From: Candidatus Sericytochromatia bacterium
GTDB taxonomy: Bacteria > Cyanobacteriota > Sericytochromatia > S15B-MN24 > VGJW01
DNA length: 64,000 nucleotides
Direction of reading: 5' to 3'
NCBI GenBank assembly: GCA_035285865.1
Contig: JAYKHS010000017.1
Span: 1 to 64,000 of the forward strand
In this document: in pieces, positions 43,431-52,065 of the stretch
How positions within the stretch are numbered: position 1 is the first letter of the stretch
Layout of the letters: every line of letters begins with the position of its first letter
Position numbers and translations under genes: made by a program
Notes under the pieces: generated by a model
Seen by the model: the letters and a program-made list of their open reading frames with translations, nothing else
Told to the model about the DNA's origin: nothing
Databases searched by the model: none

Positions 43431-44473
43431 TCAAGTACCTGGGGTCCAAGCGTGCCCTGATGCCCGCGGTTCTCGACGCCGTCGTCGGGGACCGCGGCGC
43501 TCCGTGCACGGTGCTGGACCTGTTCTCGGGAACCTCGCGCGTCGGCCACGCCCTCAAGCGCCTCGGACACCGGGTGATCGCCAACGACCACAACGCCTAC
43601 GCCGAGGTGCTGGCACGCTGCTACGTCGGTGCGGATGCCGAGGATCACCTGGCGGACCTGCCCCCCATCATCGCCGAACTGAATGCCTTGCCCGGGGTTC
43701 CCGGCTATTTCACGGAGACGTTCTGCGCGCGCGCGCGGTTCTTCCATCCGCGCAATGGGGCCCGCATCGATGCCATAAGGACGCGCATCCGCACGATGGG
43801 GCTCGCACCCGAGCGTGAGGCCGTGCTGCTCGTGGCCCTGATGGAGGCAGCCGATCGCGTCGACTCCACCACCGGTCTCCAGATGGCCTACCTGAAGCGC
43901 TGGGCTCCGCGGGCGCTCGGAGATCTCGAGCTTCGCCCGCCCGATCTCCTGCCGCGTTCGCCACTGGGCAAGGGCGTGGCCCTGGGGCTCGAGGCGGAGC
44001 AGGCCGCCGCTGCCACCGAGGTGGACGTGGCCTATCTGGATCCGCCCTACAACCAGCATGCGTACCACGCCTACTACCACGTCTGGGAGACGCTGGTGCG
44101 CGACGATGCCCCCGAGGCCTACGGCGTGGCGTGCAAGCGCGTGGACACGCGCCAGCGTCGCAGTGCCTTCAACTCAAGGCCGCGGCACCGCGAAGCCCTC
44201 GAGGCCGCGTTGGCCGCGCTCCGTGTTCGCGATCGGGTGGTCGTGTCCTTCAATGACGAAGGCTACATGGCCCTTGCCGATCTCGAGGCCATGCTGGCGT
44301 GCCTCTGGGGTGGAACGGCCCGGGTCCATGTCCGGACCGTGGAACATGTGCGCTACATCGGAGCGCGCATCGGCATCCACGACCCCAAGGGGCGCAAGGT
44401 CGGCGAGGTCGGTCGCCTGCGCAACCACGAGCATCTCGTGATCGCCGACAGGCCCGGATCCGTCAGGGCGTGA
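43427..44473 (+). CDS. DNA adenine methyltransferase (D12/Dam-like), apparently orphan
   Basis: KYLGSK, DLFSGT, YLDPPYN; GTGA overlap with the VIT gene. Confidence 0.9.
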   Translation: MIKYLGSKRALMPAVLDAVVGDRGAPCTVLDLFSGTSRVGHALKRLGHRVIANDHNAYAEVLARCYVGADAEDHLADLPPIIAELNALPGVPGYFTETFCARARFFHPRNGARIDAIRTRIRTMGLAPEREAVLLVALMEAADRVDSTTGLQMAYLKRWAPRALGDLELRPPDLLPRSPLGKGVALGLEAEQAAAATEVDVAYLDPPYNQHAYHAYYHVWETLVRDDAPEAYGVACKRVDTRQRRSAFNSRPRHREALEAALAALRVRDRVVVSFNDEGYMALADLEAMLACLWGGTARVHVRTVEHVRYIGARIGIHDPKGRKVGEVGRLRNHEHLVIADRPGSVRA

Positions 44474-45869
44474 GGCCGCTGGCCCGGGCGACTGCGTCAG
44501 CGACGATGCGCGTGCCGGAAGCCAACTGATCGACGCCCAGCCACTCGTCGTCCCCGTGGATGGATTCGAGTTGTTCCTGAGCCGCGATGACGGGGATGAG
44601 CCCCACGCACGCGATCCCCAGCGGCCTCAGGCTCGCGGAGTCGGTCGTGCCGGCGGGCGTCAGCATCGGCGTGATGCGGGCTTCGGGAAGATGGGCACGG
44701 ACCGAGGCCGCGAGGCCTTCGTAGAGCGGACCCGAGGCGGGGCTGCGCGTGCCTGGTCTGTCCTGCAGCACGGAGATCTTCAGCGCGTCGTCGCCGAGCG
44801 CTTGCTCGAGCCACGCACGGGCCTCGGCAGTGCCCTGACCCGGCATCGTCCGCATGTCCACGAGGGCACTGGCCTCGCCGGGCACGACATTGACCTTGAT
44901 GCCCGCCTCGAGCACCGTGGGATTGACGGTAGGCCCGAGGGCTGCCGCGAGAGCCGGTTGCCGTGCGATCACCAGCGGTCCCAGCAGGCCGGCCATACCG
45001 GGCCAGCGCAACATCTGGAGAACCCAGGAGGCGGGCCATGCCAAGGTCGGAGCCAAGGCACCGACGAGGGCGTCGGCTTCGGGCACCAGGCCCAGGGGAC
45101 GCGGCGTGCGCTCGAGCCGGTCCAGAGCCCGGAGCAGTCGGCGCGTGGCGCTGTCCGGACGATCGACCGAGCCGTGGCCGGGTTTGCCACGGGCCGTGAC
45201 GCGCACCCAGTACGTGCCGCGCTCGGCCACCGACAGGCCGACCAGTGGCTTGCCATCGGGCGCCACCAGGCCGAAGCCCCCCTCGTTCAGGCACTCGGAG
45301 ACCTGCCGCAGATCGGGCCTGAGATCGAGCAGGCGCCGGATGCCGTGTTCGCCTCCGGCCTCTTCGTCGGCGACGGCCACCAGAAGCAGGTCCCGATCCG
45401 GCATGCGGCCGGCCCGCTTGAGACGCGCCATCGCCAGAAATTCCATGATCGTCAGGCCCTTCATGTCGAGCGTGCCGCGGCCCCATATCCGCCCCTCGCG
45501 GACCACGCCCCCGAAGGGTGGATGGCGCCACCGCCCGGCTTCCGCCGGGACCACGTCCAGATGGCTCAGCAGCATCAGCGGGCGCTGCCTGCCGCTGCCC
45601 GGCAGACGGGCGACAAGGCACGCCCGTTCCGGTGCCGTCTCGATCACCTCGGTCACGAAGCCCTCTGCCCGGCACCAGTTCGCCAGGAGCTGGGCAGCAG
45701 CGCGTTCCCGGCCAGGAGGGTTGCTGGTGTCGAGGCGGACCAGTTCGGCCAGCAGTCGGGTGGCCTCAGGATCTTCGGGTGCGTCTGGCGCAGCGCTGGC
45801 CGGTCCCGGCAGCACCAGGGCCGCCGCAATGAGGGTCGATGCCAGGCGCTTCAGGCGCTGAGGGTCCAT
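44463..45869 (-). CDS. M20/M25/M40 family metallopeptidase, secreted
   Basis: HLDVVP, GRGTLDMKG, DEEAGG, NEGG, TDS, HGDDE. Start moved to MDPQ at 45869. Confidence 0.92.
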   Translation of the reverse strand: MDPQRLKRLASTLIAAALVLPGPASAAPDAPEDPEATRLLAELVRLDTSNPPGRERAAAQLLANWCRAEGFVTEVIETAPERACLVARLPGSGRQRPLMLLSHLDVVPAEAGRWRHPPFGGVVREGRIWGRGTLDMKGLTIMEFLAMARLKRAGRMPDRDLLLVAVADEEAGGEHGIRRLLDLRPDLRQVSECLNEGGFGLVAPDGKPLVGLSVAERGTYWVRVTARGKPGHGSVDRPDSATRRLLRALDRLERTPRPLGLVPEADALVGALAPTLAWPASWVLQMLRWPGMAGLLGPLVIARQPALAAALGPTVNPTVLEAGIKVNVVPGEASALVDMRTMPGQGTAEARAWLEQALGDDALKISVLQDRPGTRSPASGPLYEGLAASVRAHLPEARITPMLTPAGTTDSASLRPLGIACVGLIPVIAAQEQLESIHGDDEWLGVDQLASGTRIVADAVARASGLTP

Positions 45870-46792
45870 TGCTGGAAGTGACGGTTGACGGGGGCGACGG
45901 CCGTGACGGCCAGGGTACGCGGCCACGTGCGGTCTGCCAGAGCCTTGCGGGCCGCGGTCAGGGGCCGGAAGCCCTCTCCCAGCGGGCGGAAGAAATCGTC
46001 GTGATGCATCGGCAACAGCACGCGGGGCGCAAGCACGCCGTGAACCCGCTCCAACAGGCCTGGCGTCGCGGTCCAGCCGGCCATGCAAAGCATCAGCACG
46101 TCTGTCGGGGCCCATTGTCCGGGCATGCCAAGGACCTCGGCACTGCCCGAGTGGTGCAGGATGCGGCCGCGCCAGCGGATGCGCAGACCCAGCACGGCGT
46201 CATGGCGCCAATCCGCGAGGCGAAGCGGGGGCCGCGGTTCCTCGGCGACATCGCCTCCGACCAGCCACTGGGTGGCGATCGGAGCGTGGGCCGAGGGTAC
46301 GAAAGTCACCTCGAGGTCACCGATGACACGGGACTCGCCGGCGGCGACAGGTTCTGCCAGTTGTGCCGGCAGCCCTTGTGCACGTGCCAGCCGCAACATC
46401 CCCGGCGAGGCCAGAAGCGGCGCGCGATGGCGCATGGCGATGGGGGCCGCATCGAGGGCGTGATCGTAGTGCGCGTGACCCACCAGGAGGGCTGTGGGTC
46501 GTGGCAGCCAGCGCGCGACGCGTTCCAGGACCATGGGGTCCGGGGTCAGCGGTGCGCTGATCGTGCGCCAGAGGTTGGGGCGGCTCACGAAGGGATCGAG
46601 CAGCAGGGTGGTGGTCGGGGATTGGACGAGGAAACAGGCCGTGCCCAGCCATGTCAGGCGCAGACAGTCTGCGGGCGGAGGCTCCGGCGGGGCCTCCGGC
46701 ATCGTCTCGCGGCCGGAGTCTGCTTCCTGCCGGATCCAGTGCGGCAGCGCGACCTCTTCCGCCATCGCGGGATCAGATGTCGAGCGAGACAT
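45851..46792 (-). CDS. MBL-fold metallo-hydrolase
   Basis: TWLG, DPF, HAHYDH, PMHHD. Confidence 0.88.
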   Translation of the reverse strand: MSRSTSDPAMAEEVALPHWIRQEADSGRETMPEAPPEPPPADCLRLTWLGTACFLVQSPTTTLLLDPFVSRPNLWRTISAPLTPDPMVLERVARWLPRPTALLVGHAHYDHALDAAPIAMRHRAPLLASPGMLRLARAQGLPAQLAEPVAAGESRVIGDLEVTFVPSAHAPIATQWLVGGDVAEEPRPPLRLADWRHDAVLGLRIRWRGRILHHSGSAEVLGMPGQWAPTDVLMLCMAGWTATPGLLERVHGVLAPRVLLPMHHDDFFRPLGEGFRPLTAARKALADRTWPRTLAVTAVAPVNRHFQQWTLSA

Positions 46793-47522
46793 CGGCCACG
46801 GGCCGGAAGGTCCGAAGCTCCATCCGGAAAACGACCTCGCGCGGGTCGCTCATTTCGATGGTGCGCACGTATCCGGTCCGGGCATCGATGCGAACCACCA
46901 TCGAGACGCATCCGGGAAGCAGGTGGTTGCCGCGCACTTCGAGGTAGCCGAACCCTCCTTGCTCGCCCAGGAAACGCGTCTGCGCCACGGGGTTCGACAA
47001 CATCGCCAACAGGCTCTGCAGGTCGGTCTGCGCCAAGGTGTAGCCCCGGATGGAGACCAGGCGCTTGTCCGTCAGGTCGAGGTCGATGGGGATGGCGCCC
47101 AGCAGGCCGGCTGCGCGGACCTTGATGGTGCTGCCTCCCTGCCAGAGCAGCTTGGCCCCCTTGGAGGCGCCTTCGAGGATGTGGATGCGCAACAGGCGTG
47201 GTTGCTTGCCGCGTAGGTCGTACATGCCGCGAATCTCCTCGCGTCCCGACTTCTGGAAGAAGGCGAGCAGGGACTCGTAGGCGCGGACTGCCTGATGGGT
47301 ACGCAGGACCCGTTCGGTCCACATCCGCGCGGCCGCGGGGTCTGCCGGCAGTTGTCCGGGCAGGGGCATGGGCAGCGGCATGGGCAGCGGTGCCTGGGTG
47401 GGCGTGGTCGCCGGCGGCCTGGTGGGGCTGCCGCCACCGCAGGCGCTCAGGAAGGTCAGGAGCGACAGCGCGATGGCCGCGTACCACTGGCGGGGCGCGG
47501 GCAACGGGATGGCGGGCTGCAT
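46773..47522 (-). CDS. Lipoprotein, LolA-like/DUF1571-like fold candidate
   Basis: Lipobox LSAC; QPRLLRI...IDARTGY strand pattern; overlaps the MBL gene start. Confidence 0.55.
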   Translation of the reverse strand: MQPAIPLPAPRQWYAAIALSLLTFLSACGGGSPTRPPATTPTQAPLPMPLPMPLPGQLPADPAAARMWTERVLRTHQAVRAYESLLAFFQKSGREEIRGMYDLRGKQPRLLRIHILEGASKGAKLLWQGGSTIKVRAAGLLGAIPIDLDLTDKRLVSIRGYTLAQTDLQSLLAMLSNPVAQTRFLGEQGGFGYLEVRGNHLLPGCVSMVVRIDARTGYVRTIEMSDPREVVFRMELRTFRPVADVSLDI

Positions 47523-47674
47523 GGGTGTTAAGGGACCGTTTGCGAGTCTCTGGCCTTACCTTAGCAGAACATCAGGGACTGGAGAAGTGTTTCTTATCCC
47601 TTTCTTGTCCTCGTCTTGAGGGTTTCTTGGTACCCAATGCGTACGTCTGGAGACAGCTCGGTCGACAATCCGGC

Positions 47675-48343
47675 ATGAACATCCAAGGTCTCGCCAGCTC
47701 CATCTCGCGCAGCTTCGGGATTGGAAAGCCCGCCGCTGCGCCTGCTTCCAGTGGGCCGGATGCCGTGGCTCAGTCCGCCCGGGACCGCCTCCACCTGTCG
47801 CCGGGGGCCCGGGCGCAGAATCCGGTGCGCGTCCAGCGGCTGAAGGAGTGGGAGGATCTGGCCCAGTTGGTCACCGTGCTGGTCGGCACGCCCGTCACGG
47901 CCGCCATTGGCAGTGTGATCGGCGGCCTGATCGGTGGACCGCCGGGAGCCGCCGTCGGTGCCGTCATCGGTGGCAGCCTGCCGGGTGTCGGTTTTGGTGC
48001 GTACGACATCATCCAGAACGTGGTCGACCGGGTGCGCGGTGACGTGCCGGATTGGCGCCAGGCCAAGCTTGGTGCCAAGCTGATGCTCCTCGGGCCCGGG
48101 CCGGTCCTGCTGGGTGCAGCCATCGGCACGGCCGTGGGCGGTCCCTTGGGCACGGCCATCGGAGCTTTTCTGGGTGGTGGTGCCTATGTCGGGGCAATAC
48201 TCGTCGGCAACCTGTTCGGGCGCTTCTTCCGCCCCAGCCCCCCGCCGGTCGAGACGCCCGGAGAGCCCCTGCCCGTGCCGCCGCCGGACAAGGTCGAGCC
48301 CAAGCCGGAACCCCTGCCCGAGCCGCCGGCACCCGCTCCTTGA
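47675..48343 (+). CDS. Double glycine-zipper membrane protein
   Basis: IGSVIGGLIGGPPGAAVGAVIGG and LGAAIGTAVGGPLGTAIGAFLGG. Start moved to MNIQ at 47675. Confidence 0.75.
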   Translation: MNIQGLASSISRSFGIGKPAAAPASSGPDAVAQSARDRLHLSPGARAQNPVRVQRLKEWEDLAQLVTVLVGTPVTAAIGSVIGGLIGGPPGAAVGAVIGGSLPGVGFGAYDIIQNVVDRVRGDVPDWRQAKLGAKLMLLGPGPVLLGAAIGTAVGGPLGTAIGAFLGGGAYVGAILVGNLFGRFFRPSPPPVETPGEPLPVPPPDKVEPKPEPLPEPPAPAP

Positions 48344-48350
48344 TTCTGGC

Positions 48351-48956
48351 TCAGGAGCGCGGCAGCACGCCCTGCAGTTCCATGGCCTTGGTGAAGACCG
48401 ACCACGGTTGGGCACCAGCGAGGGCGCGGTTGTCCGGAAAGACGAAGGTCGGCACAGCCGTGATGCCCCAGTTCCGGGCCTGTTCGAGCGCGGCGTCCAC
48501 CTCCGCAGCCCTGCTGCCCTGATCCAGTTCCTCGGAGAGCGCGGCCGGGTCGAGGCCGATGCTTATGGCGATGTCCAGCAAGGCCTGACGTTCGCCAATG
48601 GGTCGCCCCTCGCCGAAGTAGGCCGTCAGCACCGCCCTGTGGAAGGCATCCCCCAGGCCGTGGGCTTCGGCATGAGCCGCAGCCTCATGGGCGAGGCGCG
48701 TGTTGGGCACGAGATCCGGAGGTGCATACGGCATGCCGAGGCTTTGCGTTGCTTCCTCGAGGCGAGCGCGGGCCTGCGCCAGATAAGCCGGGGGCAGGAT
48801 CTGCGACAAGGGGACGCCCTCGAGCGGGGTATCCGGTCGCAACTGGAAGGGATGCCACCTCAGGGTAACGGGGTAGCGCTGCACCAGCCGGGTCAGCCGA
48901 TCCAGGCTGACATAACACCACGGTCAGACGAAGTCCGACCAGACATCGATGATCAT
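48351..48956 (-). CDS. DsbA/FrnE family thiol-disulfide oxidoreductase, predicted selenoprotein (UxxC), 201 aa
   Basis: MIIDVWSDFV-TGA(48926-48924)-PWCY continues in frame into the 48351-48884 ORF (WHPFQLRP, PNT, GITAVPTF, GAQP). Confidence 0.9.
48892..48911 (-). promoter_or_regulatory. Bacterial SECIS-like hairpin
   Basis: GUCAGCC-UGGAUC-GGCUGAC: perfect 7-bp stem with a G-containing loop, 12 nt downstream of the in-frame UGA. Confidence 0.8.
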
Positions 48957-49029
48957 GGCCCCACGTGTACCGCATCATGCAAACACCCTGCAACATGCTG
49001 CTGGCAAGCTGACTCCACGGAGGTAAGCC

Positions 49030-49728
49030 ATGAGGCGTCTCCTCGTGGTCGATGACGACCCCGATCTGGCCGGGTTGCTGTCCACATTCCTCGAGCGGCA
49101 CGGTTACGCCGTCGAGGTCCGCGGTCATGGTCACGGCCTTGAGGATATCGTCGCGGCAGGCGATGCGGCGCCTGACCTGTTGTTGCTCGATGTCATGCTG
49201 CCGGGACGGGATGGCTTCACGTTGTGTCGTGACCTGCGTGAGCGGGGGTTGTCCGTGCCGATCGTGATGCTCACGGGTCGGGGCGATGACCTGGATCGCA
49301 TCCGGGGCCTCAGGCTCGGTGCCGACGACTACCTGCCCAAGCCCTTCAATCCGCACGAGTTGCTGGCACGTATCGAGGCCGTGCTGCGTCGGACGGCGTC
49401 CCCTGCCTCGGTGGCCGTCCATCCGGCTCCGGATGCACCGCAGGGCAATCGCTTCGAGGGCGATGAGCGGACCTTGTGGCTCGAGGGGAGATCCTACGTC
49501 CTGACCCCGACCGAGGCCCGCCTGATCGAAGTGATGACGGCCTCTCCAGGTCGGACCTTCACCCGGGATCAGTTGCTGGATGCTCTGGATGTCGCGGGCG
49601 CGCACGATGTCTTCGACCGGGCGATCGATGTCCAGATCAGCCGCCTCAGGGCCAAGATCGAGGACAACCCGCGCCGCCCACGGCACCTGCATACCGTGCG
49701 GGGCCTCGGCTACAGGTTCACCTGGTGA
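49030..49728 (+). CDS. OmpR-family response regulator
   Basis: VVDDD, LLDVMLP, GADDYLPKPF, HTVRGLGY. Confidence 0.95.
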   Translation: MRRLLVVDDDPDLAGLLSTFLERHGYAVEVRGHGHGLEDIVAAGDAAPDLLLLDVMLPGRDGFTLCRDLRERGLSVPIVMLTGRGDDLDRIRGLRLGADDYLPKPFNPHELLARIEAVLRRTASPASVAVHPAPDAPQGNRFEGDERTLWLEGRSYVLTPTEARLIEVMTASPGRTFTRDQLLDALDVAGAHDVFDRAIDVQISRLRAKIEDNPRRPRHLHTVRGLGYRFTW

Positions 49729-51125
49729 TCCGCTCCGTTGTCCTGCGCCTGTACGGCGTCGTGGCTGCGGCCCTGTTGCTGCTCGTGGCCGTCGTGGTCG
49801 GGTTGGTGACGTGGTCCATCCGTCGGGACGAGGCCAGCTTGCGGGCCATGGACCGCATGATGTTGGCCCAGGGGCGCTGGGTGTCCGAGCGTCTGATGCA
49901 CGGCGAGGGGGATGCGCGGTTGCCTGGCGCCGATGCCGTGGCCCGTGCCCGGGACGAGATGGGGATGGGCATCGAGATTGTTCCTTGGGAGGCCGTGCCG
50001 GAGGCCTTGCGTCGGGAGCGCCCGGAGGTTGCCATCGACGTCAAGGAGCGCCTGCCAGGTCTGGCATGGCTCAAGCCGACCTCGCGCTTGCCCCGGGTGG
50101 AAGGTTCCGGGGATCAGTGGCCCGTGGCCCCCGGGCCGGGGGGACTCACGGTCAAGGGACCGGGCTACTGGGTTCGCCTCGGAACGTCACAGCAACCCTT
50201 GGGCGCGGCACATGTCATCGTGCCTGCACCGGTTCCTGATCCACCGCCGCTGGTCCGATTCCCGTGGCTGGGCCCTGTCGTGCTGGGATTCGTCTTGATT
50301 CCCCCATTGTGGTTGTGGGTCGTGATTCCCTTGAGACGCATTCAGGAGCGGGCGCATCAGTTGGCTTTGGGTGACCTCGAGACGCCCGTGCCGCGGACGC
50401 GGCACGATGAGTTCGGCGACCTCGAGGAGACGCTCGAGGGCATGCGGGCGAGACTGGCCGAGTTGATGGCCAGCAAGGACCGCCTGCTTTCGGATGTCTC
50501 CCACGAGCTCAGGGCACCCCTTTCACGAGCCTTCCTCGCGATCTCGCTGGTGCAGGCTGAAGGGGACTCGGCACCTTATGTGGCAAGGGTCCGTCAGGAT
50601 CTGGAAGAGATCGAGCGCCTGGTGAGCGAACTGCTGGAGGCTGCCCGAGCACAGCGGCTTTCGGGCGACGTGCGGACCGAGGTGGACTTGGCAGAGGTCG
50701 CTCGGACGCTGGTGCATGAACGCGCGTTGCTGCCCGCCGAGATGGCGGTGCGTTTCTCCATGGCCATCGGTCCGTGCCGGGTTCTGGGTGACGCACGCCT
50801 GCTGGCGCGCGCCATGCGCAACCTGCTGGACAATGCGTGGCGTTATACGCCAAGCGGTGGGCACATCCTCTTCGAGGTCCGCACCGAGGGTGGCGAGGCA
50901 AGAGTCTGTATCGTGGATGACGGTCCCGGCATCCCTGCCGAGCATCTGGACAAGGTCACGGAGCCGTTCTACCGGGCAGATGCCTCGCGGGCCCGCACCA
51001 GCGGTGGGGTGGGTCTGGGCCTTGCCATCGTCAAGGGCATCGCCGAACGCCATGGCGGACGGCTCGAGCTGTCGTCTCCCGCCTCAGGCGGGACCCGAGC
51101 CAGCCTGATCCTGCCCGCCCTCTGA
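49725..51125 (+). CDS. HAMP-domain sensor histidine kinase
   Basis: Two TM segments; SHELRAPL, NLLDNA, DDGPGI, GGVGLGL; GTGA overlap with the regulator. Confidence 0.93.
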   Translation: MIRSVVLRLYGVVAAALLLLVAVVVGLVTWSIRRDEASLRAMDRMMLAQGRWVSERLMHGEGDARLPGADAVARARDEMGMGIEIVPWEAVPEALRRERPEVAIDVKERLPGLAWLKPTSRLPRVEGSGDQWPVAPGPGGLTVKGPGYWVRLGTSQQPLGAAHVIVPAPVPDPPPLVRFPWLGPVVLGFVLIPPLWLWVVIPLRRIQERAHQLALGDLETPVPRTRHDEFGDLEETLEGMRARLAELMASKDRLLSDVSHELRAPLSRAFLAISLVQAEGDSAPYVARVRQDLEEIERLVSELLEAARAQRLSGDVRTEVDLAEVARTLVHERALLPAEMAVRFSMAIGPCRVLGDARLLARAMRNLLDNAWRYTPSGGHILFEVRTEGGEARVCIVDDGPGIPAEHLDKVTEPFYRADASRARTSGGVGLGLAIVKGIAERHGGRLELSSPASGGTRASLILPAL

Positions 51126-52016
51126 CGTCGCGGCGGGTGAGAGCCCCATCACGTGATAGCCGCGGTCCACATGCAGGACCGTGCCGGTGATGCCCGAGGC
51201 AAGCGAGCTGCACAGGAACGCTGCGGCGTGGGCCACCTCGTCGGCTTGCAGCGGTCCGGATATCGGCGTGGTCTCGGCGGCGTGGGCGATCATGCGGTCG
51301 ATGATGCCGATGGCCGAGGCAGCCCGACTGGCAAGGGGGCCTGCCGAGATCGCGTTGACCCGCAAGCCCCAGCGTCTGCCTGCGTCCCACGCGAGGGTGC
51401 GCGTGTCGCTCTCGAGGGCGGCCTTGGCGGAGGACATCCCCCCGCCGTACCCGGGCACTGCACGTTCCGCAGCGAGGTACGAGAGGGTCAGCAGTGCACC
51501 GCCTTCCGGCATGTGCTCCCCGAAGGCGCGCGCCATCGCGACGAAGGAATAGGCGCTGACGCCGAGGGCCGTGAGGTAGCCTTGCCGACTGGTGTCCAGG
51601 AGGGCGTTGCGGACCTCGGGACCGTTGGCGAGCGCGTGGACCAGGATGTCCGGGCCTGCACCGTCGTTCGCTGCGCGCCATGCCTGCACGAGGCCGTCGA
51701 TGGTGAAATCGCCGTGCTCCCGGTAGCGACGGTCCTCGCGGACCTGCTCGGGCACGTCCTCCCAGCGGTCCCAGGCGGCGTCGAGGGGATGGATGCCCGC
51801 GAAGGTCAGCAACGAACCATCGGGCAAGGTCCGGGAGGCGTCCAGCTTGCCCCGTTCGATCAGCTTGCGGAAGATACCGAGGGCAGGTGGCCAGGTGGCG
51901 ACGGAGACGGTGGCCCCGGCAGCTGCCAGAGCCTTCGCGATGGCGAAACCGTAGCCGTGGTCGTCGGCGACGCCGGCCACCAAGGCGCGTCGCCCCCGCA
52001 GGTCGAGGGATAGCAT
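51084..52016 (-). CDS. fabI: Enoyl-ACP reductase, plant/chlamydial-type
   Basis: GVADDHGYG, WPPAL, LANGPEV, YGGGMSSAKAALES, ISAGPLASRAA. Confidence 0.92.
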   Translation of the reverse strand: MLSLDLRGRRALVAGVADDHGYGFAIAKALAAAGATVSVATWPPALGIFRKLIERGKLDASRTLPDGSLLTFAGIHPLDAAWDRWEDVPEQVREDRRYREHGDFTIDGLVQAWRAANDGAGPDILVHALANGPEVRNALLDTSRQGYLTALGVSAYSFVAMARAFGEHMPEGGALLTLSYLAAERAVPGYGGGMSSAKAALESDTRTLAWDAGRRWGLRVNAISAGPLASRAASAIGIIDRMIAHAAETTPISGPLQADEVAHAAAFLCSSLASGITGTVLHVDRGYHVMGLSPAATSEGGQDQAGSGPA

Positions 52017-52065
52017 CCCTGCATCCTACGGGGGCGGTCGCGATGACGCCAGACGGCTGCCGGAA

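Noticed and set aside
43427..44473. Complete restriction-modification system
   Set aside because: No adjacent endonuclease gene.
48924..48926. DsbA as a nonsense pseudogene
   Set aside because: The stop is TGA at the catalytic Cys position and is followed by a SECIS-like hairpin; the rest of the gene is intact.
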